Assembly: GCF_021869535.1 (NCBI RefSeq)
Contig: NW_026262604.1
Coordinates: forward strand, 22,010,001 to 22,074,000
Direction: 5' to 3'
DNA length: 64,000 nucleotides
Origin: Mytilus californianus
Taxonomy: Eukaryota
Positions 50,076 to 64,000 of the stretch are shown here, piece after piece. Every line of letters starts with the position of its first letter. Position 1 is the stretch's first letter. The position numbers and the translations under genes were made by a program. The notes below the pieces were generated by a model that ran no database searches, was not told the origin of the DNA, and saw only the letters and a list, made by a program, of their open reading frames with translations.

Positions 50076-51272
50076 TGTAGGGTATCAAATTTCATTTAAC
50101 GACATCTTGGTGTAAATATATATATATAGTTCAAATCGTGCAGTGCTAACCACAACAACAACTGGATGTGATTCGTTTAGATACATAAATACGCAACATT
50201 GTCTACTGTAAATACTTGATTTACGTGAATTTTGAGATTTCAGAATTATACAAGCGTTGTTCGATTTTTAATTTGTATTACGTTCAAGATTAATTAAAAA
50301 AAAGAATCAGTATAGTTTCATAAGACTGCATTTTACATTATACTGATGAAGATTACCTGCAATTCAAAATTGAAAAAAGAGGCAAAAGAAATCACTTAAA
50401 CAGGGCCTTGTGAACCGTCTAGTGAATTAAAATTTATGCTCAATGCTGAAGTCCTCGTTTTGACTTTGGGGGAAAAGCAGCAATACAGAGCCGTTCCTTT
50501 GCTTTTAGATTTCCTGTGCGTGTAGTGATTATGTCACTTTTTGTGTCATGAGTTGATACTTCATATACTCCTTCCCTAATATCTCTAATTTAATCTTAAA
50601 TTCCAGAATGTAAAATTCTTTTGAGTTATTGAGCAGCCTTCCTGCGTTTTCAATCAAAAACGTATCATGAATAAATAAATAAAATAATAAAACTTTTGTA
50701 GTAAAATAATCCAAATTAATGAGTATTCCTTAACTTGATTTTCGTCCAGAATATACGTGAAATAGTTTCCACTGGACGTTAAGTTAACATCAATAAATCG
50801 ATTAAAACATGGACAGATAACAAACGAATACATACACATATCAGTAGTTGTTGGTTTATTATGAAGGAAAAAAAATCTTATATGTCATTGACCTTGACAG
50901 ATGATAAGATTATATATGTCTTTTTATATTTCCTGATAATAAATGTGTCAACTCCTACAATAATGATTGAACGACTTTGGACATGACGTAGTTTGTATAG
51001 ATGACTTGCAGTTCTTTTACAAGGACGTACTACTAATATTTGTTTTAGCGTATAAGATCATTGTTATAAGTGCGAAACCGGAAATCCTGCTACCTACCAC
51101 TTCGAATACGTTATCGTACTGCATTACCTACCTACTAACGAATTTTACTAAACAAAGTTTAATTGCTCCTCGGGATTCGGACCCCTACCCCCCTCCCCCC
51201 TTTCCGTGGATATCGGATCGGGATAGACGGTGTTGGTCTGGTTCCGTCGACATGCTTCTTTAAATCATGTAA

Positions 51273-51540
51273 ATAGATATAAGAAGATGTGGTATGAGTG
51301 CCAATGAGACAACTCTCCATCCAAGTCAAAATTTATTAAAGTAAACCATTATAGGTCAAAGTACGGTCTTCAACACGGAGCCTTGGCTCACACCGAACAG
51401 TAAGCTATAGAGGGCCCCAAAAATTACTAGTGTAAAACCATTCAAACGGGAAAACCAACGGTCTAATCTATATAAAAAACGAGAAACGAGAAACACTTAT
51501 GAACCACATCAACAAACGACAACTACTGAACATCAGATTC
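51273..51540 (+). mobile_element. Copy of the abundant dispersed repeat
   Basis: Reverse complement of ~44540-44807 with few differences. Confidence 0.8.
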
Positions 51541-52205
51541 AGATCAGAAGCATGTAAAACACAAACAAAATTTTATAAACCAGTGGCTGGTCCAGAATTT
51601 GAAAAAGGTCAACCCGGAGGATTTCACCAAAGAAAAGGAACACCCGGCCGGTGTTCAAAAAAAGAGAAAAGGGTATTGAAAACATAAATTTTAAGCCATT
51701 AAAGAGGAGATTACTCCCTCTTGGGTCCCTCTTGATTAAAGTTTTGACTTTTTACACATTATTGAATATACTCTTAATCTGTCTGAAAAAATAGATATGG
51801 CAAAAATAGGAGGCATGTTTCCATTATGGCTTCTGTCGTCAATGTTTAACAAATCAAAGAGCGTGTTTCTTTTCTAAAAAAAAATCGAAACGATGCGTCC
51901 TAAAGTTGAAATAACAAAGTTAAAAGTCTACACATTAAACCTTAATCATTTTGTTTGCAATTTCAGATGCACAAGTGAGTGAATAAACATGTTATAAAAC
52001 AAATGTCTTTGTATGTTTCCCCGCAGGATAGCTTTTTTACAAAGTGAAATGTGCGTAGTAAATATTGCGCACCATTGCTAAAGTGTTAATACGTGACTTG
52101 GATGTTAATGCAAGGTCGTACATGAATGCAGAATTAATGTATCGCACCCCAATTTAGATGATGCATGTTTAAGTTACAAGAGGAGTTCATTCAATGTCAT
52201 AATAT

Positions 52206-52484
52206 GCACCTGTTAAGTCAGGAACCTGTTGTTCAGTGGTTGTCGTTTGTTGATGTGGTTCATAAGTGTTTCTCGTTTCTCGTTTTTTATATAGATTAGG
52301 CCGTTGGTTTTCCTGTTTGAATGGTTTTACACTAGTCATTTTTGGGGCTCTTTATAGCTTGCTGTTCGGTGTGAGTCAAGGCTCCGTGTTGAAGGCCGTA
52401 CTTTGACCTATAATGGTTTACTTTTACAAATTGTGACTTGGATGGAGAGTTGTCTCATTGGCATACCATATCATTTTATATCTC
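52206..52484 (-). mobile_element. Copy of the abundant dispersed repeat, inverted relative to the 51273 copy
   Basis: Colinear with ~44522-44800. Confidence 0.8.
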
Positions 52485-54871
52485 TTTATTCGCTTCAGAC
52501 CCACTGATTAGACCAGTAATATATATCGACAAATATCGCATTCTAATTTTACAAATAAAATTGATTAATCTACATGAAATATTTGATATTATATATAATT
52601 GTATATATAAGCTGATATATAAACCGAATTGAACACTAGAGTTTAGGCTTTGGCAATATTAAACATAATTATTTTGAATACATCGAATATATCAAGTGTC
52701 TAATAATTTTGTTTCCTCAATTTAAATCTGAAGGAAAAGTAAACATTTTAGAAGCTATAAAAATGAAATAAAAACCCATATATTTGTAGAATTATGAAAT
52801 ATTGCAAAGTAATAAAATGGTATTTTGAGCCAATAAAACGTTAAGATATCGCGTGATTTCCTCTTGTTATTTGTAATTTATAAAATAGTCTATTATGTTG
52901 ACATATTTTATTATTCTATAATATGATACTTCAATACTTCAATCAAAATTTTGTTTAGTCATTTTAAATCTTTCCTTGTCTATGGAAGACCAAATTTTTA
53001 ATCCATTACTTGCCTAAGTCCCGCATTTTTTATCAATATCCTTCAGTATGTCCTCTGACGAAAACACATCTTTTATCCTGTTTGCAGAAACACATCTGGT
53101 ATTCTATTTGACCAAAACAAAGCTTGTACATGTACCCTTTCTGCAAAAAAGTCACTGTATACCCTATGCACACACACAAACAATCGTACAACTTACTAAA
53201 TGTACATTTAGCAATGGACACATTGCAATTTGGTGGAAACTAACGATTTTTATCTACTTGCGTTACAATTCAGTTTGATCAAAAAAAAAATTTGTAAGAA
53301 AAGGTCATACATAGCTAAAAAAAAAACTAAGTAAAAAATAGGGCATTCCATAAACAAAGGGGAAAAACGACACTTCCATTTTTGTTGCTTCTGTCTCTGT
53401 CGTTGGGTTGCTGCCATATTAACGTGCATAGTACAACATCTATAATTCATGTTCGCTTAACTTATCATTGACACTCTATCGGTTTGCTGATAAAACACAG
53501 AAAAAACTATGTAAAACACACAACCGCTATCCAAAAAATCGATTATCAGATTTTCATCATATTGATATTATAAGATATCAGCCGCTGGACAAAATATGAA
53601 GCCTTTTTGAATTTATATGCTGCAGTCACCCGACAAGAAGTTTCATATTGTGACTCGTAGCTGATATTTTACAGTATTAACATGCAGGAAACCCGACACT
53701 AGGTTCATGTCAGTCTCGAGCCACAATCTGAACCTTGTTGGCAAGTTAGCTCAGCGAACCCACCAAAAACTTAGCATTGTATCCAATGGCTGATATCTCA
53801 CGATATCTGTACGCAAAAAAAAAATAATCCGATAATCTGTTTATTGTACCATTCCGTTTTTGTTTTTGTTTTTTGTTTTTAATTTTTATCTTGCACTTAG
53901 TCAGTTTTACGCTTGGTTGTTCGAAAGAAAAATAGCTAGATAAGTCCCGCTGAACTTTCTTTAAAATGTAGGTCAAATACGTTGCCGTGTACAGATACAG
54001 CTTACGATATTCTCAAATGATTCAATCGTTTTAGCACGCTACCAGTTTGACATCCAAGCCGTTTAGAATGACAAATAATGTTTCATATGAAAGCTTATTA
54101 TTATCGAGCGAAATCCATACTTATTCTTTTGAAGGCGCCATTTACATCTCAAAATGAAAGATTAACGTTATGCAGAGTCATGCACTGAACCAAATGATGG
54201 TTTGTCACGTCATCGTATCGATATAACTAAGAACAATCAATTCTAATGACATTAAAATTCATTCATCGAAACCAATATTGTCTTTCCCCGGCCGGTAATT
54301 ACTTTTTTTTCTTTTTTTCTGTTTGTTTCTGACGATGGAGCTGTGACGTAACACTTTAAGTTCTGAAACATCATCGTATCTACATAAGACATATAACTGT
54401 AAGAGAACAAACGATTTCAAGGACATTAAAATTCATTAACTCTAAATCATTACTTTACCTATAATCACCTTCTTTTTTCTGATTGTTTCTGACGATGGAA
54501 CTGTGACGTAACACACGCAGTTCTGAAACAGTTATGATTAAACTCATTATACTATAGCAAATGAAAAGCATTTAAAACATCGTACCAAGCTAAACGGTTA
54601 TTTCCGAACTTTCATGGTCTAGGAAATCCAAAGTGTATCGATGTCGTGGTACAAATTAAAACTTCCATATTTGTCTTTTGGGCAACCACGTGTCAAATTA
54701 TGATGTGAATTCTTTTAAATGAAATAATTATTAATATTGGAGTCAACAGCTGAGGGACAGTCAACTATCTTCGCTTCCGATTGACGGCTGTTTTATAAAT
54801 GCAACAGTTTTCGTCGATTTTAATGTTAATCTCTTGTATTTCGCTGAAGTCAAAATAAGGGTATGATTGCC

Positions 54872-55329
54872 NNNNNNNNNNNNNNNNNNNNNNNNNNNNN
54901 NNNNNNNNNNNNNNNNNNNNNNNNNNNNNNNNNNNNNNNNNNNNNNNNNNNNNNNNNNNNNNNNNNNNNNNNNNNNNNNNNNNNNNNNNNNNNNNNNNNN
55001 NNNNNNNNNNNNNNNNNNNNNNNNNNNNNNNNNNNNNNNNNNNNNNNNNNNNNNNNNNNNNNNNNNNNNNNNNNNNNNNNNNNNNNNNNNNNNNNNNNNN
55101 NNNNNNNNNNNNNNNNNNNNNNNNNNNNNNNNNNNNNNNNNNNNNNNNNNNNNNNNNNNNNNNNCGTGTNNNNNNNNNNNNNNNNNNNNNNNNNNNNNNN
55201 NNNNNNNNNNNNNNNNNNNNNNNNNNNNNNNNNNNNNNNNNNNNNNNNNNNNNNNNNNNNNNNNNNNNNNNNNNNNNNNNNNNNNNNNNNNNNNNNNNNN
55301 NNNNNNNNNNNNNNNNNNNNNNNNNNNNN
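54872..55329. other. Assembly gap (N run with a 5-nt island CGTGT at 55165-55169)
   Basis: Seen directly. The three X-rich ORFs in the track are artefacts of this gap. Confidence 1.
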
Positions 55330-55330
55330 T

Positions 55331-55425
55331 GTCATTTGATTTGATTTGATTTGATTTGATTTTATTTTATTTACTTTTTTCATTCATTCATTCATTCATT
55401 CATCGATTTATTTATTTATTTACAA
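55331..55425. repeat. Compound microsatellite (TTTGA)n/(TTTTA)n/(TTCA)n/(TTTA)n beside the gap
   Basis: Seen directly; likely contributed to the assembly break. Confidence 0.9.
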
Positions 55426-56585
55426 GTTCCTTTATTCATTTATTCATTTTTTGTTTTAATTATCTAATCATTGATTTACTTATTCATTTACATGCATTAG
55501 CAAACAATAACATTTAGCCGTTTAACGCATTGAATTACTCTTCATTCAATTTTCTGACTGTATAATACTATAAAACGATTCCCTCAGATTAAACTGATTG
55601 CATTCCATACATTTAAACTTTTGCATGTTGCATAAAATATATTAGGTTGCATTTTGATACACTTTAAACGTAAAAAATGAGAGTTAATATCTTTTTGTAT
55701 GGATGATTATCCAATAGAATTAAATACAGTGACACAGCAAAACTTCGCCATCTGATCGTTAACTGTTGACATAATTTACATTTAAGGCAGTCTTACTGTA
55801 CAATGATATAAATACATTCACGGTTGAAAAATGCCAAGTTAAAGGACCATTAGTTACTTTAATTGTATATTACACAGTGCTGGATCCGATCTCGAATATA
55901 TATGCTCTGGAAGGAGAACTGTTGTGAAACCCTGAACCGTCTTTAAGCAAGCGATGTTCTCTTCTAAATAGTTCCACTGCACTATTTTTTTTATTTTTTC
56001 TTTCGGATTACTGTCTTATGATCTATTAATTTAAATGATCAGCTGATTTTTGTATTTTGCCTTTCCACGATATTTATATGTTGGAAGTCACCAAAGTCGC
56101 CTTGACTTGGTATTTATTTCGTTTGGGTGTTAAGTAATCAATTGGATCAATCCCCTCACCACTTTGTAAAACTTAATCAGCCTCTTATGTTTCCTCTGTT
56201 CCTGGAGAGTTGCTAGTTCTAGCGTGGAAAGCATATCTGTGACACATCCTGTTTCTCTCGTTTTGTAGTCGGTGCAGGATGAAGATTTACGATCTAGGCA
56301 AACATTTTTTGAAGCGAAATATTGAAATAATAATTTGCTATTAGTAGCAAGTTTAGTCCAAGTTTGTATGAAATGAGCTCAAAACCACGCTGATATGTTT
56401 TTGTCTTGCAAACCAATTTAAGTCTATATGCATGAAACCTTTAATTTAAACCTTGGTTAGTGATTGGTTACGCAAGTGCTCAGCATGTTCGGTTATTTAC
56501 CAGACAAGAATGTCAAAATTTGAAAGTGAAACAAGGGAGCCATCAGGAAAACCATTTAGGTGATTGATTCGGCCCACAAAACATC

Positions 56586-56847
56586 ATTGATTTTTGATTT
56601 TTGGTGTTTTAACGCCACTTTTAAGCACCGCTTTTGGGCTATTTCGTGGCGGCCAGTTTTTATTGGTGGAGGAAGCCGGAGTGCCCGGAGAAAACCACCG
56701 ACCTTCGATAGGAAAACTGACAATCCTAGTCAATTAAGATTGGAGTCGAGTGCACCCACACGAGCGGGGTTCGAACTCACAACCTCAGTGTTGACAGGCT
56801 AGTGATTACAGTAGTAACTACTTAGACCACTCGGCCATCGAGGCCCC
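56586..56847 (-). mobile_element. tRNA-derived SINE
   Basis: The minus strand starts GGGGCCTCGATGGCCGAGTGGTCTAAG (A box) and has GTTCGAACC (B box). A core follows (GGTGGTTTTCTCCGGGCACTCCGGCTTCCTCCACCAATAAAAAC), then an (AAAATCA)n-like tail. Confidence 0.85.
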
Positions 56848-59269
56848 TTAAATAAATAGTCAATTAAGTATTGCACATGCTTGTATGTCTATTTCTATTT
56901 TATATTAACATGTATATAGGTTAACATGACCATCGGCAGTCTTCGGAAGTCATCCTAATGGTTAATAAGATATTTTTTCAAACAGAAAAACTCACGAAAA
57001 ACTGCTGCTTTATTACAATTTAATGCATTTTTTATTGTTTTTTACGGAACTTTTGTTATTCATGACCAAACCCGTATTGTAAAGTAAGGTATAAGTTCTC
57101 ATATCAAAATTTGAAACAATTAACCTGCCGTGCTAAAAAGTATGTACTGAATTACCATATTTGGCCTCAAGCGAAATGTCTGAATATTAAAACGTATCAA
57201 GATTTAACACCGAAAGAGTGAGATATGAGTACAAAACATTATAGTGAATCTGGTGTGGATAATTGGTACGATTAAAGCTATACAAAAGAATAAAGAATGG
57301 AAACGAGGAATGTGTCAAAGAGACAAGAACCGACCAAAGAGCAGAAAACACCAATGAGTCTTCAACGCAGCGAGAAAATCCCGCACTCAGAGGCGGGCTT
57401 CATCTGGTCCCTGAATAATAATGTATACTAGTTCAGCGAAATGGACGCCACACTAAACTCTTAAAACACACAAATGAACCAAAATGTAAAAAACACACAA
57501 GACTAACAAATTCTAGAGATTCCTGACTTGGAACCGGCGCAAAAATGTGGCGGGGTAAACATGTTTTGTGAGATCTCAATCCTTCCACAAATGTAGGTAA
57601 ATTTTATATAATGCGTTTCTATACAGAACTTGACTTCACGTGAGATTGACTGTCAAGTTATCAACTTCTCAGGTATTTAAATTCAAAATCTACAAAAACA
57701 TTCTGTACATAGGGAATATGAATCAAGATAAAAATTACAAAAAGCTGGGTTTAGAGGGTAGAAATGATTTCCGTAGAAGATATTATGGGTACAATACTGT
57801 GACATCATCTGTGTTAATAGTATTTTGCAAACATGTTTTGTCTTTGTGTTTTATCCGATTGTTGGTATGGTTTTTGATGATCTGGATAAAAAAGAACAAA
57901 TACGTTGTGAATGTATAAATCAAAATAAAGAATATAAAGCAAAATAAATAAAAACAAAATTATCATCTTAAAGAAAATGTTTTAAGTTTAGTACTTTAGA
58001 TGCCCTTAATTTTTGTTTGGTAAAAAAAACCTCCCCTTTAAAGAAAAATCTTTAAAAAAAATCATATCAATGCAAATTTTTTAATGGCACCCGTAGCCCG
58101 TTTCTATATATGGTGGCGTTTGTATTTGTAGCAGTTCAGTGTTTCTGTTGTTCCGTTATTTTCCTCTTATAGTTGATGAATTTCCCTCGGTTTTGGTTTG
58201 TGACCCGGATTTGTTTTCGCTTAATCGATTTATGACTATTGAATAGCGGTATACTACTGTTGCCTGTACTTTGACCTATAATGGTTAACTTTTACAAATT
58301 GTGACTTGGATGGAGAGTTGTGACGTCTCATTGGCACTCATACCACATCTTCTTATATCTATTTAGATAAAATTTTGAACAAATATAATTTTGATGTTTA
58401 GTTTATTGTAAGTGTTTTTTTTCATTTTATGTGGGCTGATTGGAAAGTTTAAATTGGAAATTTGTCAGTATAGAATCCTTTTATTTGTGTTATGGTAATT
58501 GTATAATATATAATAAAGAAAATTATCTGAAAAATTATCATTCAGACTTTATTCAACTGTGAGTATGTCAGTCGTGGTTACACATCAATTAACTCCTGCA
58601 AAATAACCTTTAACCCCAATATTTCCAAAACCTTAAAAGCATGCCAAAATAATGTTAACAACTACGTTAAACAAAGGTATATCAGATGCTTCCTTTGTTC
58701 CTAATTATTTGGACTCTAGGTGATTACAAGATTACAACGTGGATACTGTCATCAGACTTATTTCGGTGCTTTGTGTCTATTGGTTTTATGTCAGTGGTTT
58801 TTGTACTTTGGAATTATAAACTTTAAATGGTAATAGTTTAGATCTATGAATTATTTGAAAGAATTTAACTGAAACGTGATATATTGAACTAACGTATTAT
58901 AAATCACTAATAACTATTCTACCTCGATCTATTACAAACATCTGGTTATAATTCTCGGTTGATATGTATATATATATATATTTTAATTTTGCAAAAAAAC
59001 GAAGTTGCTGTCGTCATTTTAGGTCTTTTACGCTTGACAGCTTGTAATGTATTTATCGGTCTTTGACTGCCCCGGTCTTGTTTGTAGAACTTCTTGATAC
59101 AAGACTTAGTAAAACTGGAGTAAACACGCCTCTACACGAGAGGGGTCCGTACTCACTACATCAAAATTGACATGTAGGCTAGTGGTCACTGTAGATAACC
59201 TAGTGAGACCACTCGACCGCCGAGGACTCAACAACGGATGTCATTAGTAAAACAAAAACGCCTATCCTT

Positions 59270-60025
59270 CTGTAGCATCGAAGTTCGCCTCTCTTTGTCT
59301 CAACAACATGTGCCATTGGCGAAACAGGAATCGCTTACCCTTCTGTGGCATCTAAGTTTGTCACCCTCTTTGTCTCAACAACGGATGCCGCTAGCGAATT
59401 AAGAACTGCTTACCATTTTGCATCATCGAAGTTCGTCACCCTCTTTGTCTTAACAACGGAAGCCACTAGCGGATTAAGAACTGGTTACAATTCTGTATCA
59501 TCGACGTTCGTCACTTTTGTCTTAATAACGGGTGCCACTAGCGAATTAATAACTTCTTACTATTTTGCATCATCGAACTTCGTAACCCTCTTTGTCTCAA
59601 CAACGGGTGTCACTAGATAATTAAGAACTACTCACCATTCGGCATCATCGAAGTTCGTCACCCTCTTTGTCTAAACGACGGGTGCCACTAGAGAACTAAG
59701 AACTGCTTACCATTCTGCAGCATCGAAGTTCGTCATCCTCTTTGTCTAAACGACGGATGCCACTAGCGAATTAAGGACTGCTTACTATTCTGCATCATTG
59801 ACGTCACCCTCTTTGTCTCAACAACGGGTGCCACTAACGAATTAAGAAGAACTGCTTACCATTCTGCACCATCGAAGTTCGTCACCCTCTTTGTCTCAAC
59901 AACGGGTGTCACTAACAAATTAAGAACTGTTTACCATTCTGTACTATCGAAGTTCATCACCCTCTTTGTATAAACAACTGGTACCTATAGTGAAACATGA
60001 ATCGTTTACCATTCTGCATCATTAA
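59270..60025. repeat. ~75-bp tandem satellite, ~10 copies
   Basis: Unit approximately GCATCATCGAAGTTCGTCACCCTCTTTGTCTCAACAACGGGTGCCACTAGCGAATTAAGAACTGCTTACCATTCT, period ~75. Confidence 0.92.
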
Positions 60026-60321
60026 AGCATTCTCAATTGTACGGGGTTGCATTTAACGGAAGCGTTGGTCTTGTCGTTTTACTTTTTCTGTGTGCCATAA
60101 TGTTGTCTTTCCTTTGTCCAGGCATAATTTTATCTTTCCTTTCTCAGGCATAATTTTGATTGCCCCCCCCCCCCCCCTTTCTGGTATCATCTTACATTTT
60201 TTGAAGATTTGAGCTTTCATTGTGACGGTTTTATATGCGAACAAATATAGTTCTCGTTCCTGTTCATCCTTAATGTTCATGCCAACCCTAAAACAAATTA
60301 TCATCGGACATGTTTAGTTAA

Positions 60322-60712
60322 GGAGGTTCGCTACTCAGTTTCAAAATAACAAGCTTTTCATAACACTAGTATACATTGATAGGGGATTATTTAAGGAACC
60401 AAAAGAGCAACCAAAAAATATAGGTCAATGTGTTTGTTTTCGAGATATTAGCCATTGAAATTTTTGGCGGGAAAATGTTCTCTCTTGATTTTTCATAGCC
60501 TTATCATTGAAAAGTTCAAGTTCTCAAAAACTATTAAAAAATAACAAAGATTTTATAAGACTTTTACAGATGGCTTATAATTATACATGTAAAAGATTTA
60601 TAAAAAGAAAAATGGGGGTCAATGGGCAAAATTTTTTGAGGCATTCACACGGATAAAACCAGAAGATTCCGAAAATCTGACAAAAATTCCAAAACATGAC
60701 AAGCGAACATCC
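60322..60712. mobile_element. Complete 391-bp MITE with TTAA duplication, same family as 24921-25310
   Basis: TTAA|GGAGGTTCGCT...AGCGAACATCC|TTAA, with internal sequence colinear to the 24921 copy. Confidence 0.85.
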
Positions 60713-62887
60713 TTAAGCACCGTTTAGGTCTTGAACCTTTCCAAACAAAGTCTATGTAAAAAGTAAAATAACAAAAGTACCGAATTCCAAGGAAAATTTA
60801 AATCGGAAAGTTTCTTATAAAATGGCAAAATCACAAGCTCAAACACGTCAAACTACTGTATATACATTAATATTCGTTGGATACCAATTTTCGTGGATTT
60901 CGTGGGTACAGTGGTACCACGAATTTAAATGTTCAACGAATTACAAGTTTTCTAAAGTAATGTATGCAGACTTTGCCAAAACAAAGAAATTAAATATCCA
61001 CAAAAATGCTAGTTTTCCTCAATCCACGAAAATTGGTACCCACGAAAATAAATTAATCCACAGTATCATATTCCTGACTTGGTACAGGCATTTCCTTATG
61101 TAGAAAATGGTGGATTAAACCTGGTTTTATAGCTAGCTAAACCTCTCACGTGTATGACAGTCGCATTAAATTCCATTATATTGCCAACAATGTATGAATA
61201 AAACAAACAGACATAATAGGTAAAAATTTCAAAAAATAGGGGTGCAGCAGTCAACATTGTGTTATCATCTTAATCACTATAAAAATAAACAAATATGTTA
61301 ACAAAGAAAAACAAAATGGGATATAGACAAAGCACATAAGCAAAAATGAAAGACAAGAATGCAAAAAAGTGGAACTTCTATTAGGCGGAACAAATATACG
61401 TTGACACCTTTCCTATTTTTCTGTCAGGAGATAAGAAACAGGCAAATATATATTTTCGCCTTATCAAGATTTTTGTTTTGAATAACGGTACATTTTTATA
61501 AACGTGACTGTTACATGTTAAAAAATTTAGAACAATATAGCCAGAAAAAAATCTTACAAACTGCATGTCATATGTTGATTAAAGCGTAAATTACCAAGAC
61601 AAATTATGTCGCGGGAAAAACAGCTATATTGCATGTCATCCTTTACAAATTAAGGCGTGAATTAATTAAAAGTGCATAAAATCTATCACAACCTTCGTGT
61701 CGAACGTTTCTTAAGGAGAAATTAAAAGCAAAAAATTGTTTCAGAAATCAAATTTGAAAAAAAAAACGCTTGTCACCCGTTAATTATAGTTGAGTTAAAT
61801 TCTAATTAACTTTGATCAATATTGTGTACTTGTCGTGTATGTAATTAAGCTGGTAACAAATGTAATTATAAAACATTGTTATCGGCTGTCAATTTAAATA
61901 ATTATGTTATGACAGGTGAAACAATCTGTAAATAAAAATGAAATATATGCGATAGATCTAATTTTTCTTATCTATATAGGCTTATTTACATTTCAATTTT
62001 ACTCAGATAATATGATATGTGAACGTGCATAGGAAATAGTCACTGCGCATGACAGAAACCCTGTTAAGCACGTTAAAGATAATAAATTGGGTTAGACTAA
62101 TTCTTTAAAGAGATTATTACGAAGGTATTTAAAGATCTGTTGACATGAATCAGCAGAAAAGGTAAAGTCCAATGAAAATGGGTTTTCATTCACAATATAT
62201 ATTCATTAAACCGTCCCCTCTTGTTAACGTATACTATAGGTATACAAGTGAGCTGATTTGATATAAAACCAATCTATACACTGAAAGAAATACAAATAGG
62301 TTTTTTTTTTTTATCTATTCGATTATTTAGTATAATATGAATACAGAGATTGTTTAAACATGCAACGGAAATAAGAAGCGGATTTTTGTTTTCCTATACG
62401 AAAGGAGGTTCGTGTTGAAATAATTAATTTATAACTTTAACATTTGAAACGTGTAGTACTTATTACTTGGTTCATGTGAAATATAAATTGTTGATAAGTG
62501 GGATACTGTTTGACATTTCATTGTTACTTCGGATACACATCATCTGGTAAAACATTGCATATAAAAGATTGTACCACATGTTTCATGCTATTTGTGTTGC
62601 ATGTTTTAAAAGAATAACGGATATTACTCTGCTAAGACAAATGCAACTGCGATAATTCTGGGACAGAAGCAAGAAGGCGATTACAAGACTTCTGGAATTA
62701 AACACCACAGCCTCAATATACGGTATGCCATAGACAGCAAACAGTGGAAGGATAATGCCTCGCTAAGATTCGATGATAAACGTGCATTTCTTACAAGAAA
62801 TATGTAGTGTGAAAGATAAAACGAAGCCTATTATCAGAAATCGATATTTTGACAAATTTTAATATACTGATAGACAAATCTTCAACA

Positions 62888-63131
62888 ATGGCATTCGACA
62901 AAACACAAATTAAAAAGACAAAATCTTCAGTCACAGTTATTCATGTGGCGGGAATGGAGAAAGAGCAGACGGACATATCCAATGGATCGTCTGCAGACAG
63001 TGAAACTAAATTTCCACTGGATTCCAAAACGTCCTTGAAACAGAAGGACTCTGCATTGACAGTTTTCTTGAAATTACTGATATCTAGTATTTGTGGAATA
63101 ATATTTGGATTTGCAATGGAAAAAGCAAGAG
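62888..63131 (+). CDS. Probable first coding exon of a YeeE/YedE (TsuA-like sulfur/thiosulfate transport family) membrane protein; the rest lies beyond the window
   Basis: ATG in ACAATGG context; hydrophilic N-tail, then a TM helix (VFLKLLISSICGIIFGFAMEKAR). It ends at G|GTAGGT, a phase-1 donor that would allow Val (EKAR-V). GxxFGFAxEKxRV is recognised from memory as the N-terminal motif of eukaryotic YeeE/YedE-like proteins; not database-verified. Confidence 0.6.
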
Positions 63132-64000
63132 GTAGGTTTTCATATATTTAATATACCCTCTTTTATGATGGTCTGGAGGAAGGTGTCTTCATTTCTGTAT
63201 TCTTTACTTTTTTAAGGCCATGTTTTTCTTCTTTTCTTTCTTTTTTGCTTATTATATTCTATTTGTTATATTTGATGTCCGTAATATTCTTTATTCCTTA
63301 TTTGTTCTTTTTTTTTTCCTCAATTTTTTTAACACTATTAAGACCGTCTTTTATACAGTCTCATTCTTGGATACCGCAAAGAGGGTCCCTGATACTGCAT
63401 ACATAACAAAGGGTCCCTGATACTGCATACATAATAGAAAAAGACAAGCATTGTATTGTGATCTGATTAATATTTTATATTGTGATTAATATTAAAACAA
63501 GCGAATTTTAAGACAAGCAATTTTCAAAAGTTGAAACTGTTGTAATTCAAGTTTACCTCTAGTTTTAGTTTGCACTCTACTACTATCAAAAGACGAATAG
63601 TTCAAATCAATTTGTCTTTATCTGCTCGCTGCCTTTTTCAAAATACAATTCTCTTTTGAAATGGACTATTGATTTATTTGTAAAACGATCGAAAACGGTG
63701 GAATATAAAACTTCAATCTAGAAGGCACAATCATCAATTATTTGAAAGAAACAGAAATATTTTAATAAGGATTGTAAACCTTCTAACATTTTTTTTAAAA
63801 CAATCATTTTTCTTCTACGGAAAATTAATGTCCCACAACTCTTAAACAAATAATAACACTCCCAATATACTACAATATCGGTAAGTACAAAATACAAAAC
63901 GGATTGAAAAATTAAGTTTGTGTATTAAAACAGGTGACCAGAGACTAATCTAAAATATCTAATCTTATAATGTCCACAAATACTACTATATATTAGTAAT

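Noticed and set aside
54200-54530. ~160-bp direct duplication, and a 29-bp doublet at ~63381-63435
   Set aside because: Simple local duplications with no coding or structural signal.
54850-55383. Three long ORFs across the N run
   Set aside because: Artefacts of the assembly gap.

Overview
AT-rich animal genomic DNA, not prokaryotic. The TRIM gene type and the repeat landscape suggest a bivalve mollusc, probably a mytilid mussel (inference). The first ~37 kb are a tandem array of minus-strand TRIM genes (RING, B-box1, B-box2, coiled coil, NHL-like beta-propeller) whose coding sequences are uninterrupted by introns, in different states of decay. One copy is intact (4791-6905, 704 aa), one is full length with a single in-frame nonsense codon (27410-29479), one is a frameshifted pseudogene (~13815-15409) and one is an orphan 3' half (3338-4262). 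Each duplication unit carries homologous upstream DNA. A module found four times holds an invariant 20-mer next to an IRF/ISRE-like motif. Inserted among these are a 5'-truncated Penelope-like element, a decayed LINE, TTAA-flanked MITEs, long-hairpin elements, degenerate hammerhead-ribozyme repeats, SINEs and two tandem arrays (33 bp and ~75 bp units). The region from ~37 to 62 kb is mostly non-coding, repeat-rich DNA with an assembly gap at 54872-55329. The window ends with the probable first coding exon of a YeeE/YedE-like membrane protein (62888-63131). Most short ORFs in the supplied track are spurious. All identities and repeat boundaries are by-eye estimates; no search or alignment program was run.
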